Shown here in pieces: positions 21,701-31,797 of a stretch of 33,191 bases of DNA. Below the pieces are notes generated by a model. The model was not told the origin of the DNA and did no database searches. It saw only the letters and a program-made list of their open reading frames with translations. The stretch is taken from positions 264,562 to 297,752 of the forward strand of contig NMRA01000366.1 in NCBI GenBank assembly GCA_002633005.1, in the 5' to 3' direction. A program made the position numbers and the translations under genes. Source of the DNA: Phoronis australis (lineage: Eukaryota; Animalia; Phoronida). The first letter of the stretch is position 1. Each line of letters starts with the position of its first letter.

Positions 21701-24700
21701 ACGTTGATGACACATTCACAATATTCAGCCAAGACTCAGAAAATCCATCAGACTTCCTTGACCATCTGAACAGCATAGCGCCTACAATTAGATTCACAAT
21801 GGAGGAAGAGACAAATAACAGTCTCTCATTCCTAGACGTACTAGTGACTTGTTGTTGAAGGACAGTTAGAAAAGGCGGTCTACTATACGAAGACCCACAC
21901 AGGACGATACCTCGACTTCAACTCCAACCACACCAAAGGAGTCAAGAAGGATATAATAAAATGCCTTGCATCAAGATCGCAAGAAATCTGCAGTGATACT
22001 TCACTCCAAGCAGAAATGATCAACCTGACGGAGACATTCGAAAGAAATGGCTACCTAAGGGATTTCATCAAGTCGGCTTTAACATCGCAGAAGAAAGACA
22101 AAGTGGCAGAAGAACGCCCACTGCAGACTATGTTCTTACCGTATATACCCGGAATAACCGAGAACCTAGGACGCATATGTAGAGAATTTAAAATAAGAAC
22201 GGTGTACCGCCGCTCAGACACACTGGGTCGGCAATTGACAAAAGTCAAACCAAGAACTTACATGGGAAAAAAGTAAAATGTCATCTATGAAATCCCATGT
22301 GAATGTGGTGAATCGTATATCGGTGAAACATTAAGACCGCTGGAGACAAGAATTGCTGAGCATAAGAGGTGTTGTAGAGAAGGTAATACCTCATCAGGAG
22401 TAGCAGAACACATGTCGTCGAAACAACACAACATCCAATGGAATAACATCCGAATACTTGACAGTGAAACAGGTTGGACCAAGAGAAAGATCAAGGAAGT
22501 CATGTACATGAAAGTACAAGGCAATGTCTTCAGTTAGTCAAGCAAACAACCAAGTGACACCTGGCTCAGTCTACTTAGGTAGGTTTAAGTATGATAAAAT
22601 TCCCTCTAAGTAATTGGAAGACTCCGTGGTGTAGTGGTTAAGGTGCTGGACCCGAATTATCTGTAGTTTCAGAAGTCGTGGGTCCAAATCCTGCCTTGCA
22701 CAAAAAAAATCACACCATGAGTGTACCACGTATCCGTGCTCGTTCTTCTAAGAACGCGGGAACACCTGACGATGGCCGGAGAAGAGTCCGACCGAAACGT
22801 CGTGACTGTGTATATAGACTAGAGGTCGGTGTAAATAGACCAAGAGATTTTAATAATAGTCGTAGTATGTATATTTCACAACTGAGATATCGGGATTACA
22901 TAACAGTCTATGAAATTTAAACAAAGAAGGACTTGCCCAGAGGCTCTCACTTATTAAGTTAACTCTGACTTCGGAAAAAGTGTCGCAAACTAACAAAAGG
23001 TAATATTCATCCTCAACACAATTCCTCGAGCATAATGTACACACTCTGTCTTGACATATAACATTTACGTGACGACCAGTTCCAACTGCCAGTCTATGGT
23101 TTGCACATCGAAAACGTGTAAAACTTTGCACGAACACTCTTGAAAGATTTTCAATTTCTAAATAGTTTTCATGTTTACCGAAACCTTTAAATTTTTGTAG
23201 TAGTTTAACTTAGAATCAACATCGGATTGCCATCTTTGCAAAGCACAGTCCTTAACCCGTTGAGAAAATATTTACAAACGACTCTTGACACGTGACTCCT
23301 TGGTTTACCCAAACATCATAGAAACCATACATTGACAATAAATTGCGGACTGAGCTTGCCCAATTACACATATGTCTACCATTTTCATCTAGTCTGTACA
23401 AAATGTTGTAAGCAGCCCTTAGATAACGTCCCTGTGGCATGTTCAAAATTTTAAATCAGTATTTGAAACAGCTAACAAAGTATCTCGTAAACATAGGGTA
23501 TCTGCCATTTTCACTCAATGCTGCAGCGTTAGAGCAAGAACTGCCAAGTCCCAGGGTCCATTTACAAAATTTTAAATGATTTTTTGTAAACACTCGTATT
23601 CTTTAAAATCCAAAATCTCGGCACCATAACACAATGTTGGGTACACCAGTTTATCAAATAACTGAAAGGCAAATGATGGGGGCATATCGCGACATCTGCG
23701 CCTGTAGTTTCAAAACACGTGATGCAGTTTTATTTGCTTGACAAGATAGTTTTTGTCGTTTTCGCCCATGACAATTTAGGTGTGATAAAAACACCAAGCT
23801 ATTTATAATGAGATACAGCATCAACCTGCTGTTTGTTAGAAGGACTACGTACACGTCGTTTTTCCAGCCTTCGCATTGGTCTGTTGTTATCACGTGCCTC
23901 GAGTTTGGTCAGCTCTCGGCTCTTATAGGCTGATGATTGTCACGTGTCTTTAGGGGCGTTTTTCTTTGTTATTGTAACCCCGCTTTCAATTCACGTCGTT
24001 CCGGCCACATTGTCGTACGTCAAAAACTCATTCAATTTTCCCACCCTCTTCCTCCCAGTTTTCGTCATTCTCTCGTACTTCCACGTGGCCGGCGCTTTTT
24101 AATGCCCATCTTACCAGAGATTACCTATTATACTTATTTACGTATATTCATTTTATTGTAATTGTACTAGTCATAATAAATGACCTTATATCGCATACAT
24201 CAGTCTCCTTTCATCTCTGGTAACGAGTTTGCGACGCACGTATCATTTATCTATTATCCGCGACATATGTCGATCATAAAAAACATTTCTCATAGTGTCT
24301 TAAGGGACCTCCATTTCTAAACACAATTATTTTGGTTTCCTTTAAATTCACAGCCATAACCCATGAATCTCAATAATCATTGAGACAATTCAACATACGT
24401 TACAAGTTAGACGCTGTTAGAAAGCACAAAACCATGTCATCTGCATGTAACAGTGAATTAATATTTGTAACATGCTCATCTAAGTAGATGCTATTCATGT
24501 CACAACGTGAATTGAGTTTTTCTAAAAACTCATTGAGATACAAAACAAATAGCAGATGGCTTATCATACATCCTTGACGAGTACCAATAGTGCAATTAAA
24601 TAAGTCTGTTAAACCATCACGTGTTTTAACACATGATCTCCACTTGCTATAAATGTTCATTGATCGCAGAATTGATAATGTATTACCATGAAAATTAATT

Positions 24701-27700
24701 TGCATTAGTCTGTGAAAAAGTAAAATATGTGGTACTCGATCAAAAGCTTTTGAAAAGTCAATAAATGACAACCTTTTTGTTGATGTGTTTCTGACATATC
24801 GCATACAAAGAAAATATATGACTCACAGTCGCGTAACCCTTGCGGAACCCTGCTTGGGCTTCAAAAAAGTGACCATTACTTTCTGCCCAGTTATACAATC
24901 GGTTATTCAGTATTCTGGTAAAGAGCTTTCCAATAGCCGACAGGAGCGAAATATCTCTATAATTATTCTCATCGTGCACGTTTCTTTGTTTAAACAACGA
25001 AATTAACATCGCATCACACGAAGTCTAGGGATACAAACCTGACTGGAAAATTACATTGAACAACTTCTGCGGAATCGGTAAAGTTGAATGTTTTGGTACA
25101 CTTAAACATTTCAAAAGTAACTCCATCAATACCAGCGGCCTTGCCATATGAGAGCGGATGATGGGTAAAACGGGATCATTCCGTAGCCTTGAATAAGCGG
25201 CTGAGTGCTTCGTGGCCATCGAATCCTGTCGCACCTTCCTTGGGGCGCCAAATATCTATCTCCGGCTTGGTGATACGGAAACCCTAGAGGACTGGCCATG
25301 CTGGTTTTTGAGCCTTAAAACAGTTTTGGCTGACAGTAGGCAATACGGAGCTTTGCTGGCTAAGAATTCTGGGGTCTGCCGCAGTGCACAGAGTAGCGTC
25401 TGTTGTACTAGGGGACTAGACTCTGCATGCTTAGCCCCGGGGGGTAGCGAGGTTCTGGCACTGGAGGTAGACATACCAAACCTTGGATAATTCATCTGTG
25501 GGGGCGGACTCTTACGCACGGAGCACTTGAGGAAACTGGGAGAGGGCGCTGTCGAACCTAGTGTTGGATCCCATAAGAACGTAATGCTGTAAGACCTAGA
25601 GGTCGTGCCTTGTTGCCACCTTATGGATGAGCTGAACGTGGACACGGACTTGAATCATGTATCTCTACACATAGACAATCAGCGTTTTTCTGTCCCTGCT
25701 GGTCGGGGCTCAACAGACCAAACCCAAGCACGATTGAATGTGGCTTCTTGATATCAGCAATCCAGATCTTGACGTGACAAAGGTCATCAGTTTGTGAGAA
25801 CAAACCAAGTGCACAGTACCCCCACCAAGGGTCTAACCTTTGTAATGGGGAAAATGCCTGGTTAGTGCTTAGGCAGTAGACTTCAAGCCTTACTCAGGTC
25901 TTGGCAGGGTCCTTTTTAAGATCAAGGCAAAGACGACTAAGCCCGTAGATAGGAAGTTTGATAATCTCGCCACGTCCACTGGGACTTCTGAGGTGGACGA
26001 CTCATCCACGGGAACGGGTGTGACGAGGTGGATAACACCAAGTCGACCGATGTGGAAGAAGGCGACGAAGCTGCCAAAGACCGTGTGGTGGCGAAATTGG
26101 TAATTTCTGGCCTTCATCCAGTTGTGGTAACAGGTGATCAGTCGCTTGCTAACGCCCCCACCTTAGTCGACCACAGTGCAACTTTTGCAGTGTCGGGAGA
26201 TCCTAGTGAGATGATGTATGTGAGTGACTGATGACATACTAGCACGCTTAATGATGAAGAGCAGTTAGTATTTTTATATTATCATTATGATGCCTTTTCT
26301 GATAGAGCCGTGATCTCAAAGTTTGGCAAATAAACCTGCATCATGCCAGCAATCCATCTGTTCTCCTGCAGCAAACTCTGAATAAAGAGACTTGCTATTT
26401 GCCTTTGATTCAGGAGCCACATTGTAAGGATAATGTCATGCTTAATGTTTCTAGAAATGCCAAATCATATACAGCACGGATGGACACCAATTTAAGGCCA
26501 AGGGCAACTGTTTTGGTATCCATAGACGTATCGTCAGGACCACTGCCAGACCTCTGTGACAGAGACTTAGTAGCTATAGCATGTGACCTTACTGGTCCGA
26601 ATGGACTTGTCCGCACTATTTGGCGGGTTTCGGCATACATGCCGGGTGACTCAGTTGAGGAACCTCCACCTGAGATGGTGCAGCACGTTACACAACATTG
26701 TAGCAACAATGGCATTCCATTGGTAATTGGCTACAATGCTAATCCACATCATAACGTGTGGAACAGTACTGACACAAACTCTAGAGGTGAATTCCTGTTA
26801 GAGTTCATTGTCAGCACTTCGCTGAATATTTGATATGCAGGCCACGAACCTACTTTTGTTGTTCAGAATCGCCAATAGATCCTAGATCTTACTTTGACTA
26901 GTATACGTGCAGATCTGGTGAAGAACTGAAGAGTTGACCCCTTGTCCTCCCTCTCGGATCACAGATATATCAGGTGTGAGATGGCCATTTTGTGTTATCC
27001 CTTTCTACACTGAGTACAGGGATATCAAGAATGCTGATTGGAACATCTTCGATTAAAAATGTTCCAACTCACTTGATAACCTCGACAGTGGAACTCTCAA
27101 CACTTTTACTGATTTTGATTCGCTTGCAAATAATGTCACAACTGGACTGCTTACTGGTATACCTAATCGCCAGATATGGTGTACCAAAGAGCTTGCATCT
27201 GTTCAGAAGACAAGAAAAGCTCATCGGATTGTCCAGTGAGCAGACACTGAAAAGGACTGGAAAGCCAACGGTCAGGCAAACATAATCTTCAAGTCTACTA
27301 CACGTAAGGCAAAAAGGAGCTCGTGGAGAAATTTTTGCCAGCAATCTTCAAGTTTGTCAGCAACGGCAAAACTTGATCTGAAGAAGGACAAGACTACTCA
27401 GTTGGAGACTGTCCAACGAAAAGACGGTTCATTCACCAGTTCACCTGGTGGAACTCTCAAGGCCATGTTGGATAAACACTATACCGGCAGTGTGATTCCC
27501 GGTAATGAAATTAGAGAAGTAGTACGTTACGGGCAAGAACGGCAAATCCATATGAACCTTCTTGATGAGATGGTTACTACTCATCTTGTTAAACTTACCC
27601 TCGTGTCTTTTAAACCATGGAAGGCCCGCGGGCCTGATATTTCCCGAGATGCTACAGGAAGCAGGAACCAAGCTTTTCCTGTCTAATCTTTACAAGGCCA

Positions 27701-30700
27701 GTCTTAGACTAGGCTACGTCCCAGGAACCTGGACTAAGGCGAGGGTTGTTTTTATTCCCAAACCTGACAAGGATTCTCACTTCAAAACTGTCCTCCTTCA
27801 GACCTATAACTCAAAATTCCTTCTTCTTGAAAGGTCTTGAGAAATTGGTTCTATGTCAGTTGGAAAGGCAAGATGTTATGAGCAGACTTCAGAGACATCA
27901 TTACGCTTACAGAACTGTCTTTTCTACAGAGACTGCTCTTCATTACGTGTCAGACAGCTTGGAAATGCTGTATACAAAAGTGTTTGCTCTAGGCGCTTTC
28001 ATGGACATTGCTGGTGCCTTCAGCTACATTAAACATGATGCTATCTATAGGGCACTTGTTCAATTTCGGATTGACAAAGGGCTTATTAGGTGGATTTTGT
28101 ACATGCTTGCAGGCAAACTGTAACAGCTAGCTAAGATTGAGGGAGTTAGTTTGACTGTCCGTCTCACTAGAGGTATTCCACAAGGTGGTACCTCTTCACA
28201 TGCTCTCTTCAATATGGTCATGGACTGTCTGTTAAGGCAGCTTTTGGCTAACATTGGGCAAGGTCTAGTTGTACAGGCCTATGCTGATGACATTGTCTTC
28301 TTTTTGTGAAGTGTTGATGCTTGCACATGCCGCAGCATTGTCCAGAAGGCACTTAAAATTCCTATCCGATGGACTGAGACAGTTGGCTTGGAGATCAATA
28401 ACAGTAAGACAGAAGTGGTGATGTTCACCTGGAAGCGAAAGGGGAATGTAAAACCATTAAAGCTCTATGGTACTGAACTCCCACTCCAACAAAGTCACCT
28501 ACCTATGTGTTACTCCCCACCATCGCCTTTTGGGACACCTCACGTGATGGACAAGAAAACCAAGGCCAAGTCGGCCCTGGCAAGGTGTAGCCCAGTGGTG
28601 GGTGAAACTTGGCGTCTCTCCACAAAAAATTCTCTTTGGATCTACGTTGGTGTTATCAGACCGATGTCAGCTTACGCGGCATCGATATGGATAGCATCTC
28701 TTGAACAGAACACTGTTAGAACTAAACTGACACAAAAACAGCGCTTATTTTGCTTGTGTGTTACTTCTGCCTTTCCGGGGACACTTACAGCTGTAATGGA
28801 AAAGCTTATTGGTTTGCCACCCTTGCATATTTACCTCAGCGGTGAAGCTGTGCTTGTAGCTTACTGTATGAGGTGTAATGGGCAGTGGAGTAATGTGCGA
28901 ATCACTGGTACTGTTTCTCACAAGAGCCATATTAATGTATGCAACAGGTTAATGTCAGAAACTGGAACACTTTTGGCAAAGCCAAGTGATGTTTTAATGG
29001 CGACCTTAAATCACAGACACAATTTCTATACAGATATTGGAGATGGTCACGAAATCATCGATTACAATGACCAACATTCCGTTTGTTACACTGATGACTC
29101 TAAACTTGACAACGGACTATCAGGATCAGGAATCTACTGTCCAGGCCCTGGCGGTGACGACAAAGGAAAGCTGGATCTCAGTGGGTAACACCGTTAGAGT
29201 CTTTCAAGCTGAAATTGTCCCTATTCACCAGGCTGCCCAACTGGCAAGGGAGCATGAAGCAGTCATTGATGAGGAACTCTTCATACTATCAGACAGTCAA
29301 GCAGCTATTAAAGCTCTAACTAAACCTAAAATCAATTCCCGTTGTGTCCAGACCTGTGCAAACGAGCTTAACCACCTATCAGCTAGTTGAACTGTTCATG
29401 TGTACTGGGTTAAAGCCCATGTTGGCATTGACAGTAACGAAGCTGCTGACAAACTTGCAAAAGAAGGAGCAAGAGCACCATGTTTTGTACCAGAACCCTG
29501 CATACCGGTTGCCTATGCATGCTGCAGAGCAAAGGTAAGGCACCGTGGGCGCAAACTATCCGTGGGTGCATGGAGAAAGCTCCCCGCCTGCAGACAAACC
29601 AAACAACTTTTTCCAAGTTAACCAAAAGGTTCAAAGAAACTGTTATGTTTAGATACGCTTCCATAAGGCAGCTGATACAGGTCATTATATTGTCCCAAAT
29701 GTGGCTTGGACTCCTCAACATCTGGTAGGGGTTTGCCTTGCCTACAATAGACACCATAATCTACTACTTGGTGGACACATAATCCGCCTGGTTAACATTG
29801 TTAGCTCATACAGGTTTAACAGTCTTACTATCTTTCTGAAACAAACAGGCAGATTGGAAGATTTTACCCGTGAGGAATCCGATGAAGTCGTGTCCTCATG
29901 AATCATAATTAGGTGATTAGTGTAATGAGTCCGGCCTTGTGGACTTAACACGCCTGATGTACCGCAAAAGGCACTTGCACCTTTTTTAAAATAGGACTTT
30001 TCTGAAAAAATAAAATATTGTATAAAACGAATACGAAATGGGTAACAGTGTTTTTGAAATTTCATCTTGAATATGTGAATCAATTTATTTGTTGTTATTG
30101 AAGCACAAATGCATAAGTTTTCAATCTCTCGCACTAGACCAATTAGCCACGTTCCTGTGTCCTATTCTGTACAGCCAGTGTTTCGTTATCATGCAAACTG
30201 AGGCAGTTGCAAAATATGCATCAATTTTATAGAATGCCGAGGACGTTTGCTGAGGAAGTGGTTTTATTTAGTGCAAGTATTACCTACTGCCTATACGAAC
30301 CCAGCAACGTTGCAGTTAGGCTGGCTAATTCTACAACTGTACAGTTTAAAGCCTCCAGGATTTAGAATTTTCAACAACCATTAACCCAGGGTACCACCAT
30401 AATGAAGGATGGTAAATGTTTGAATTCATGAACATTTAGCTTAATTCAGACTGGAAAAACAACTAAGTTGTAAAACATGCGTTACAGGGCCGAGTTACTT
30501 TAAAGAACACAAATAGTATTTTCAGTAGGCTAGTAGATAGATACATGTACATCTATCACAGACGTTACTTGCTTGTGCGAGGTGCGTAAAACAGTCAATA
30601 ATAACTGCAAAATCTAAAAGGGCATGCTGCATGTGTCATTAAGAAGATGAATGGCCATTGAATCACAAAGATGTGGCTTAACCTTCCACCAGAGACAACT

Positions 30701-31010
30701 AATGACATATTGCGTTACGCATTCGCCAACGTCCAATAAAAATGTAGCACTATATGTGTTTCCAAAGTCATTTGTAGAAGTAGTAGTATTAGTAGTTAGT
30801 AGTAGTAGCAGTAAAAGTAGTTGTAGTATTAGTAGTTAGTAATAGTAGCAGCAGTAGTATTAGTAGTAGTAGTGGCAGTAGCTGTAGTAGTAATAGTAGT
30901 AGTAGTCCTTTTCGTTGTTTCAAAATCTTTTCAATGATCTTACCTTCGGTGTTAAAACTATTCGCCAAAATTACAATAGCGAAAAAAGTTAACGAGTCCA
31001 ACTGCCGCAT
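4077..31010 (-). CDS. Four-exon gene, join(31010-30944,16857-16708,13922-13770,6784-4077): 1025-aa type I membrane protein (signal peptide, 2x TSP1, aromatic/Gly repeats, TM, cytoplasmic repeats, coiled coil)
   Basis: All three introns are GT-AG and phase 1. Exon lengths 67+150+153+2708 = 3078 nt give one open frame from ATG to TGA. The domain order is coherent for a type I membrane protein. Extra phase-1 exons cannot be excluded. Confidence 0.82.
7969..8800 (+). pseudogene. Decayed KolX / P2X7 C-terminal (ballast)-like Cys-rich protein
   Basis: YTFEPEY, WCKCTVCTVMPTSMEWLCCSE, then after a frameshift TAHPDLGVHLNAGVL. This matches the remembered pattern YxFEP..WCxCxxCxxMPTxxExxCCxE..CITxHPxF..LNxxVL. 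Confidence 0.75.
9110..9336 (-). pseudogene. THAP zinc-finger N-terminus of a transposase (not in the ORF track)
   Basis: ATG at 9336: MSHSCCVPGCTHYRLTRTLGVPLHRFPKNYTRPRT*LVRVKN...YRVCGQHFLPSDY. This is a C2CH THAP signature with a stop at the conserved Trp. Confidence 0.88.
9535..10764 (+). pseudogene. pol: Gypsy pol remnant: reverse transcriptase plus RNase H
   Basis: ORFs 9531-10127 and 10087-10764 join across one frameshift (VDFVG/VVGEG). The stop comes immediately after RNase H. Confidence 0.93.
10874..11769 (+). repeat. 3' LTR (896 bp), preceded by a polypurine tract at about 10860-10868
   Basis: Ends TGTCAGA...TCTGACA form a perfect 7-bp inverted repeat. GAGGAGGGG lies just upstream. 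AATAAA at 11672. Confidence 0.88.
13770..13922 (-). CDS. Coding exon 3: divergent thrombospondin type-1 repeat
   Basis: AWTRWSAYGPCKLDCKIERHRIFC...C...C...C has WxxWS, RxR and 6 Cys. Acceptor ttcttgcgttccttccag|, donor GCG|GTAAGT, 153 nt, phase 1-1. Confidence 0.88.
14220..14978 (+). mobile_element. Probable solo LTR
   Basis: Ends TGTTAC...GTAACA. TATAAATA near 14575 and AATAAA near 14908. Internal ~65-bp tandem duplication at about 14336-14460. No clean TSD. Confidence 0.65.
15714..15842. mobile_element. MITE-like fragment related to 3571-3727
   Basis: GC-rich hairpin GGGGGCTCGGCCGAGCCCCC and the shared end GGCTGAGTACGCGCATG. Confidence 0.45.
16708..16857 (-). CDS. Coding exon 2: thrombospondin type-1 repeat
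   Basis: LNWSKWGEFGPCTRPCGGGEKTRHRVC...C...C...C has the WxxW, CxxxCGGG and RxRxC motifs and 6 Cys. Acceptor tttatgtcaacag|, donor TAG|GTGAGT, 150 nt, phase 1-1. Confidence 0.92.
   Translation of the reverse strand, partial: HSIGVNGESLDPAPDLAAVERKPGTVSALGPECVPEQTRIQETATRLFA
17130..17362 (+). pseudogene. Decayed THAP domain of the ISL2EU-type transposase
   Basis: PYYC*FPCC, then frameshifted GHKFPKDLRLLYSWTIAVN and later VCS. This is the THAP HxFPxD...W...VCS pattern. Confidence 0.7.
18256..18843. other. Assembly gap (588 N)
   Basis: Run of N. Confidence 1.
20269..20431. mobile_element. Palindromic MITE-like element
   Basis: CGTTCAGTA(G)ACGCTAGGACCT..GCTAAAA occurs at the left and inverted at the right. 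The left arm has a 12-bp tandem duplication (ACGCTAGGACCT). Confidence 0.65.
20575..20705 (+). mobile_element. RTE-clade LINE 5'-UTR-like fragment
   Basis: TTATCGTGG..GCTTG..GAGCTAT..GGGTCACCCATGCCGGGCAGGT..CAGA resembles the conserved 5' region of RTE/BovB-type elements as I recall it. Hairpin GGGAGT-CATAT-ACTTCC at 20634-20650. Confidence 0.55.
22621..22702 (+). ncRNA. tRNA-like sequence / Pol III promoter remnant in the PLE 3' region (not a functional tRNA)
   Basis: A box TGGTGTAGTGG (22627-22637) and B-box-like GGTCCAAATCC (22681-22691) within a T-arm GTGGG/CCTGC. The acceptor stem does not pair. Confidence 0.6.
22763..22804 (+). ncRNA. Minimal type I hammerhead ribozyme
   Basis: CAC-CTGACGA-T-GGCCGGA-gaagag-TCCGACC-GAAAC-GTC-GTG: full catalytic core, stem II with one mismatch, palindromic minimal stem III, 3-bp stem I. 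Predicted cleavage after 22801. Confidence 0.85.
22870..25110 (-). mobile_element. Decayed LINE (RTE-X-like): RT and C-terminal Cys-rich domain, interrupted by an insertion
   Basis: NYRDISLL, QAGFRKGY, FIDFSKAFD, GTRQGCMIS, LLHADDMV, KETKIIVFRNGG, YK*LGV, and C-terminal FRCANHRL..GR..RVCTLC..EDEYYLLLVC. The clade label is tentative. Confidence 0.88.
23834..24265. mobile_element. ~430-bp insertion inside the LINE, possibly a solo LTR
   Basis: The LINE frame breaks between ...GPLRHYEKCF (about 24275) and QVDAVSHYK (about 23827). The insert has TG...CA ends but no exact TSD. Confidence 0.55.
25130..29990 (+). mobile_element. Near full-length decayed non-LTR retrotransposon of the LOA/R1 group (APE, RT, RNase H)
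   Basis: APE: QINLHH, LIQEP, SAYMP, NANPHH..WNSTDTNSRGE, SDHRYI. RT: FRPIT, FMDIAGAF, GIPQGG, QAYADDI. RNase H: YTDDSK, VFQAEI, SDSQAAIKAL, WVKAHVGIDSNEAADKLAK. Many frameshifts. Boundaries are approximate and ORF1 is not resolved. Confidence 0.9.
30775..30906. repeat. Imperfect (AGT)n microsatellite
   Basis: GTAGTAGTA/GCA runs about 40 bp inside intron 1. Confidence 0.95.
30944..31010 (-). CDS. Coding exon 1: signal peptide MRQLDSLTFFAIVILANSFNTE(A)
   Basis: ATG at 31010, hydrophobic core FFAIVILA, strong donor GAAG|GTAAGA, phase 1. Splicing to exon 2 creates T-E-A|L, a plausible signal peptidase site just before the TSP1 domain. Confidence 0.75.
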
Positions 31011-31398
31011 CCTGCAGATCGTGGTGGACGGGGTCGGAATGGTGCTTCACATTTTGTTCAGAAACGTATGTCGCTGATAATTTCTTGAACATTTCACGAG
31101 GAGATTTTGCAGCCTAAAACGTGTGACTACAGCAAGCAATACAGAATTGGATTAGTATACACGTGCAGTGACGTAGTTTTTGTCTAAATCAGGCTTCATG
31201 AAGTCACATGAAGCAACAGCCTAAGAATGAAACGTTCTGACTATGTGAAATTAGTTGCCTTCCAAACGACGTGATAAATGCACTCAGAATTAGTACGTGG
31301 CTGCAGCTTTCGCTTACTACGGTAAATATAAGAACATTCGTCAGCTACCAGTGCTGGATTCATCCTTTGTGGCCGTGGCCACGACATTTTTGTTAGGG

Positions 31399-31797
31399 AA
31401 CCCATACCAAAAAAGCCTTCCTGCAAACACTTGCCGCAAGCTTGCCGCAACGTTGCGGCAAGCTTGCTGCAAAAGTTTCTGCAAACCAGCCGCAAACACG
31501 TAGAATCAACTCTGACCAAAAAGTGGATGCAAATTTCCTGCAACCCAGCCGCAAACATTGCCGCAAGCTTGCGGCATGTTTGCCGCAAACATGCAGCAAA
31601 CTTTTACCATGCAAATGAAGTTTGCCGCAAGCTTGCAGCAAACATCTCTATGTCCTTATATGGAACAGTTCCTGCAACCCAGCCGCACACATTGCTGCAA
31701 GCTTACCGCAAACATTTCTATGTCCTGATATGGAACAGTTCCTGCAACCCAGCCGCACACATTGCTGCAAGCTTACCGCAAACATTTTCATGGGGTT
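31399..31797. repeat. MITE-like repeat built from GCAAGCTTGC-type palindromes, with a 70-bp tandem duplication
   Basis: Ends AACCCAT...ATGGGGTT. Repeated TTGC(C/T)GCAAGCTT(G/A)C units. 31639-31708 is duplicated at 31709-31778. Confidence 0.75.

Larger units (their letters stand above)
20983..22860 (+). mobile_element. Penelope-like element (Penelope/Poseidon type), 5'-truncated and decayed
   Basis: RT motifs YGKPEIHK, PMRPIIS, SFDVESLFT, GSPLSPVLAN and WKRYVDD. C-terminal GIY-YIG at about 22277-22535 (NVIYEIPCECGESYIGET..RIAEH). Stops or frameshifts at 21858 and 22276. Hammerhead in the 3' region. Confidence 0.93.

Noticed and set aside
22621-22702. Functional tRNA gene
   Set aside because: No paired acceptor stem or clear anticodon arm, and the B box deviates from GTTC. 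Kept only as tRNA-like.
30789-30943. Poly-Leu extension of ORF 30789-31010 that looks like a TM or signal segment
   Set aside because: It is read-through past a strong splice donor into the (AGT)n microsatellite.
31431-31790. CRISPR-like array
   Set aside because: Eukaryotic context, irregular spacing, non-unique spacers and no cas genes.
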